Source of the DNA: a bacterium
GTDB taxonomy: Bacteria; Zixibacteria; MSB-5A5; GN15; FEB-12
DNA length: 22,765 nucleotides
Reading direction: 5' to 3'
Assembly (NCBI GenBank): GCA_043811375.1
Contig: JBDRNJ010000023.1
Coordinates: 1-22,765 of the forward strand
A program made the position numbers and the translations under genes. The first letter of the stretch is position 1. Each line of letters begins with the position of its first letter. This document shows positions 19,584-22,765 of this stretch, one piece after another. The notes under the pieces are model-generated. The model saw nothing but the letters and a program-made list of their open reading frames with translations. It was not told the DNA's origin and did no database searches.

Positions 19584-19586
<3 letters not shown>

Positions 19587-19644
19587 GAACGGTGGTTGTA
19601 GGTTACCGCAGGTGTTATGCGGATAGATATAAACTATGTTATGT
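19584..19644 (+). other. Degenerate attC-like imperfect hairpin
   Basis: AAC (19588-19590)...CCGCA-GGTGTTA-TGCGG...GTTATGT (19638-19644), directly followed by the SD and ATG of the next gene. Confidence 0.3.
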
Positions 19645-19657
19645 GTAAGGAGAAAAT

Positions 19658-20125
19658 ATGAACTGGCTACAAGTTCTGGGGCCATCCCTACTTATGGTAC
19701 TCGGGGGAATTGTAACATGGTTTCTTAAATCCCGTGTGGAAGAACTCCGTGTTACAGAGGAAAGACTGCGAGAAGAGCGGAGGAAGATTTACGGCCAGAT
19801 ATTGGACCCTTATATTCGTCTTTTCACTGACATTAAGGGCCAAGGTCCAACTCAGGCAATAAAAGAAATTACTTCGTATGAGTACAGGAAAACTGCTTTT
19901 GATCTCAACCTGTTCGGCTCTGATGAGGTAGTTCAGGCCTATAATGCTCTTATGAAGCATACATACAAAGCCGAATCCACAGGGGTAGAACAAGACCCAA
20001 AAGAAACGATGCGTCTGTGGGGCGGGCTTATTCTCGAAATTCGCAGAAGTCTTGGAAATAAAAAGACCAAACTTGACGAGCTTGATATGCTCCGAGCGAT
20101 GATCAAAGATATTGATAATCTTTAG
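19658..20125 (+). CDS. Hypothetical protein with N-terminal TM helix and short coiled coil
   Basis: SD AAGGAG 5 nt before the ATG. MNWLQVLGPSLLMVLGGIVTWFL followed by a charged helix. Visibly AT-richer than secA. Confidence 0.8.
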   Translation: MNWLQVLGPSLLMVLGGIVTWFLKSRVEELRVTEERLREERRKIYGQILDPYIRLFTDIKGQGPTQAIKEITSYEYRKTAFDLNLFGSDEVVQAYNALMKHTYKAESTGVEQDPKETMRLWGGLILEIRRSLGNKKTKLDELDMLRAMIKDIDNL

Positions 20126-20419
20126 GTAAAATTTACAAACACGCGTGGGTGCCCCACCCGCCTTTGGCGGGCTGTGGGTTGTGTCGAATAAACCACTCAC
20201 TCACAATTCTATTCCGCTTATCTCCAAAGGCACGTCTGATTCTCCCTGATACCAATTATAACTCGACCATCTCCTGACGGCTCCTCATCCCCAAATTGCT
20301 CCCCCACCGTAAAACCCGTAGCGGGCAGTTTGGCTGATGGATCAGTATACTTATCGAGGACAACCTCCGATACAACTACTATGAGAGGGTTCGTGAACAT
20401 GACTATGGGGGTTTGTATT

Positions 20420-20788
20420 ATGACATGGAAAGAGGCAAAACAAAAAATAAAGAAACATGTCGGGGTGTGCAAAGATGTAAACACAAAAAGGTCTAAGAAG
20501 TCTGACTATCGCTATGTAAAGGATGTACCTCCGCCTCACTTTCGGGTACAGATCGGAAAAGACAATTACGTCAACATCACGTGGACAATGCTGGAAAAAT
20601 GTTGGCGTGTGTTGAACCGGACTGGTATATACGACTACAAGGTGTTTGAGGAGCTCTTTCCTGAGAAAATGAGTCGCCGCTGCCATATTCATGTTGTTGG
20701 AAAGATATTCGAAAAGGCAGGCTTGGTCGATTCTGTCTGTGACGACTACTATGTATTGAAGCAGACACCCCAAGACAAAGACGCCTAG
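20420..20788 (+). CDS. Hypothetical small basic protein
   Basis: ATG at 20420 (MTWKEAKQKIKKHV) after a G-rich SD-like run, within ORF 20330..20788. AT-richer; contains CHIHVVG. Confidence 0.55.
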   Translation: MTWKEAKQKIKKHVGVCKDVNTKRSKKSDYRYVKDVPPPHFRVQIGKDNYVNITWTMLEKCWRVLNRTGIYDYKVFEELFPEKMSRRCHIHVVGKIFEKAGLVDSVCDDYYVLKQTPQDKDA

Positions 20789-20872
20789 CCTCGTAGAGCA
20801 GCCCTTTGTAACGTAAGCCGGGGGTGTTTCAGTAGGCGGTTGCTTTCAAACTAATCCCCCGCTAAAAACCAC

Positions 20873-20900
20873 TTGACTTCCCCTGATTTTTCCTTATAAT
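20873..20900 (+). promoter_or_regulatory. Near-consensus sigma70 promoter upstream of the protease gene
   Basis: TTGACT (20873-20878), 16 nt, TATAAT (20895-20900). A second candidate is TTGACG (20960-20965), 18 nt, TACAAT (20984-20989). Confidence 0.55.
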
Positions 20901-21208
20901 CTTATGATAGGAAAGTAGTTACACATCTGACTACAACCACCGTGCGGAGCGGACGTCCATTGACGACCGGTCCGGCTGGAGTATACAATCTTGATGACTG
21001 ATGCAACCCCTGTCCCGGCAGGGTGTTAGCCTGCCATGATCAGGCTGGATATAACGGTTGGCTGTTTACAAAAACCGGACCTAATGGGCCCGACAGGTCA
21101 ACCCGCCGGAATGAATAATGAATTTAGAGTATATACTGCCGCTATCGGCAGTCGGAATCATAATCAGAAAGACGATACTAACTTCAATAAGGACGTAGAG
21201 AGGTAATC

Positions 21209-22765
21209 ATGCAGGCAACCAGATCAATCACAATGGCCCTGTTTCTGAGCCTGGCCCTGGCCGGTTCGGCAGGCGCTCAGATCAGCGCCGGGGGCACGCC
21301 AGTCAGTTTAGACAAGGCGCTCAGGGCCGATTTCGAGTCGGTCACTATGCCGTCGGTGGACGTCGCGGCACTGTTGGCTGAGGATGAGATCGAACAGTCG
21401 AAGGGTATTCCCTACCGCTTCGGCTATCCCTTCGAGGTCAATTACGACCTGGACAACTCCGGCACATGGGAGGAGCTCCCCGACGGTGGCCGCGTCTGGC
21501 GGCTGCGTATCGTGTGCCCCGGAGCGTATTCGATTAACCTCGTCTACCGTAATTTCCGGCTGCCCGAAGGGGCACAGTTTTTCATCTACAACGAAGACAA
21601 GAGCTATCTCATTGGTGCTTTTACTTCGCGCAATAACAAGGAATACGAGAAGTTCGCCACCGGGCTGGTTAAGGGCGATGTCAGTATCCTCGAGTATTAC
21701 GAGCCGGCCGGTGTGGATCAGCCGGGTATAATAGATATTCAACGTGTTATCCATGCCTACAAGAACCTCTTCGATCGCGGTGTGGTCAGGGATGCTTTTG
21801 ACTTCGGTGGATCGGGCTCGTGCAACAACAATGTCCACTGCCCCGAGGCGGCCGACTGGCAGGATGAAGTACGTTCGGTGGCTATGATTACCACATCGGG
21901 CGGCTCCCGGATTTGTTCGGGAGCGCTGGTGAACAACGTCAACCAGGACCTGACACCATACTTCCTGACCGCCAACCACTGTCTGGGCGGGGAGGAAACC
22001 TGGGTTTTCATGTTCAATTACGAAAGCCCGAGCTGTGCAAATGTCGACGGCCCCACCTGGATGACCACCTCCGGCTCGACTCTGCTGGCCAATAATTCCT
22101 ATTCAGATTTTGGCTTGTTGCTGCTGGACGAGTCGCCGCCGGATTCGTACAACGTCTATTACGCCGGCTGGGCGGCCGATGATCAGGTTTCGGACACTTC
22201 GGTGGCCATTCACCATCCCAGCGGCGATATCAAGAAGATATCATGGGACAACAATCCTAACTCCTCGGCCGATTACCTCGGCGATCCGGGTACGGGCAAT
22301 TCCCACTGGCGGATCGGTAACTGGGAAGACGGCACTACCGAGCCGGGCTCCTCAGGTTCACCCCTGTTCAATACTGAGCACCGGGTTGTCGGACAACTGC
22401 ACGGCGGCTATGCCTCCTGCACCAGCATCACACCTGACTGGTACGGGAAATTTGCCCGGTCATGGGACTACGGCGGCAGTGCCTCAACGCGAATCAAGGA
22501 CTGGCTTGATCCCGGCAACACCGGCACGCTGGTTCTTGATGGCCGTGACGCCGCCGGTATTTCTATCTCGCACACCCCGTTGGAGGACACGAAAGACACT
22601 CTCAACGACTACGAGGTATTGTGTACGATAACGTCGGACACGGGTCTGGTGGCCGATTCGTTGCTTTTGTACTATCAGATCAGTTCGACCTGGTATGAAG
22701 ACACGCTGGTGGCGACCGGCGGCACCGACGAGTATAACGCCTATATCCCGGCCCAGTCGCCGGGC
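21209..22765 (+). CDS. Secreted lysyl-endopeptidase (Achromobacter protease I)-family serine protease, 3'-partial
   Basis: Translated by hand; absent from the ORF track because there is no stop in the window. SD GAGAGG; signal MQATRSITMALFLSLALAGSAGA; pro-region PYRFG...VWRLRIVCPGAYSINL...LPEGA; mature domain SGSCNNNVHCPE, CSGALVNN, YFLTANHC, SDFGLLLL, IHHPSGDIKKIS, TTEPGSSGSPLF, GQLHGG, DWYGK, WLDP. Confidence 0.92.
   Translation, partial: MQATRSITMALFLSLALAGSAGAQISAGGTPVSLDKALRADFESVTMPSVDVAALLAEDEIEQSKGIPYRFGYPFEVNYDLDNSGTWEELPDGGRVWRLRIVCPGAYSINLVYRNFRLPEGAQFFIYNEDKSYLIGAFTSRNNKEYEKFATGLVKGDVSILEYYEPAGVDQPGIIDIQRVIHAYKNLFDRGVVRDAFDFGGSGSCNNNVHCPEAADWQDEVRSVAMITTSGGSRICSGALVNNVNQDLTPYFLTANHCLGGEETWVFMFNYESPSCANVDGPTWMTTSGSTLLANNSYSDFGLLLLDESPPDSYNVYYAGWAADDQVSDTSVAIHHPSGDIKKISWDNNPNSSADYLGDPGTGNSHWRIGNWEDGTTEPGSSGSPLFNTEHRVVGQLHGGYASCTSITPDWYGKFARSWDYGGSASTRIKDWLDPGNTGTLVLDGRDAAGISISHTPLEDTKDTLNDYEVLCTITSDTGLVADSLLLYYQISSTWYEDTLVATGGTDEYNAYIPAQSPG

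Noticed and set aside
20218..20484. 88-aa minus-strand ORF
   Set aside because: It overlaps the better-supported 20420..20788 gene and has no SD or motif. A gene remnant cannot be excluded.
21308..22631. Track ORFs 21308..21979 (-), 21384..21731 (+) and 22110..22631 (+)
   Set aside because: Shadows of the real protease CDS starting at 21209.

Overview
A GC-rich bacterial window, probably from an FCB-superphylum anaerobe such as candidate division Zixibacteria. This is inferred from the 'QNYPNPFNP...GxYFYRL...KKMxLxK' C-terminal sorting domains and the long-insert SecA. In order it holds: two secreted multidomain proteins with T9SS/FlgD-like CTDs (the first is cut by the window's left edge); a tail-anchored PP2C phosphatase; a minus-strand cluster of a 410-aa unknown protein, a cupin, homoserine dehydrogenase and an aldehyde dehydrogenase; an hbd-ackA pair; an outer-membrane beta-barrel and a lipoprotein; an ABC-F ATPase; a trypsin-like protease; secA; two AT-richer hypothetical genes; and a lysyl-endopeptidase-family protease that runs off the right edge and is absent from the ORF track. 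The strongest leads are four. (1) A candidate new homoserine-yielding catabolic pathway led by an uncharacterised enzyme with a structured, switch-like 5' leader. (2) An ARE-like ABC-F gene whose leader carries a 3-codon uORF (M-D-K), several hairpins and an anti-SD, consistent with antibiotic-responsive attenuation. (3) An unnamed ~100-aa domain repeated in the secreted proteins, which are also rich in D-[ST]-x O-glycosylation-like sequons. (4) Two kinds of REP-like hairpin elements and an attC-like site just after secA. No rRNA, tRNA, CRISPR array or transposase was seen. All calls were made by eye, without database searches.
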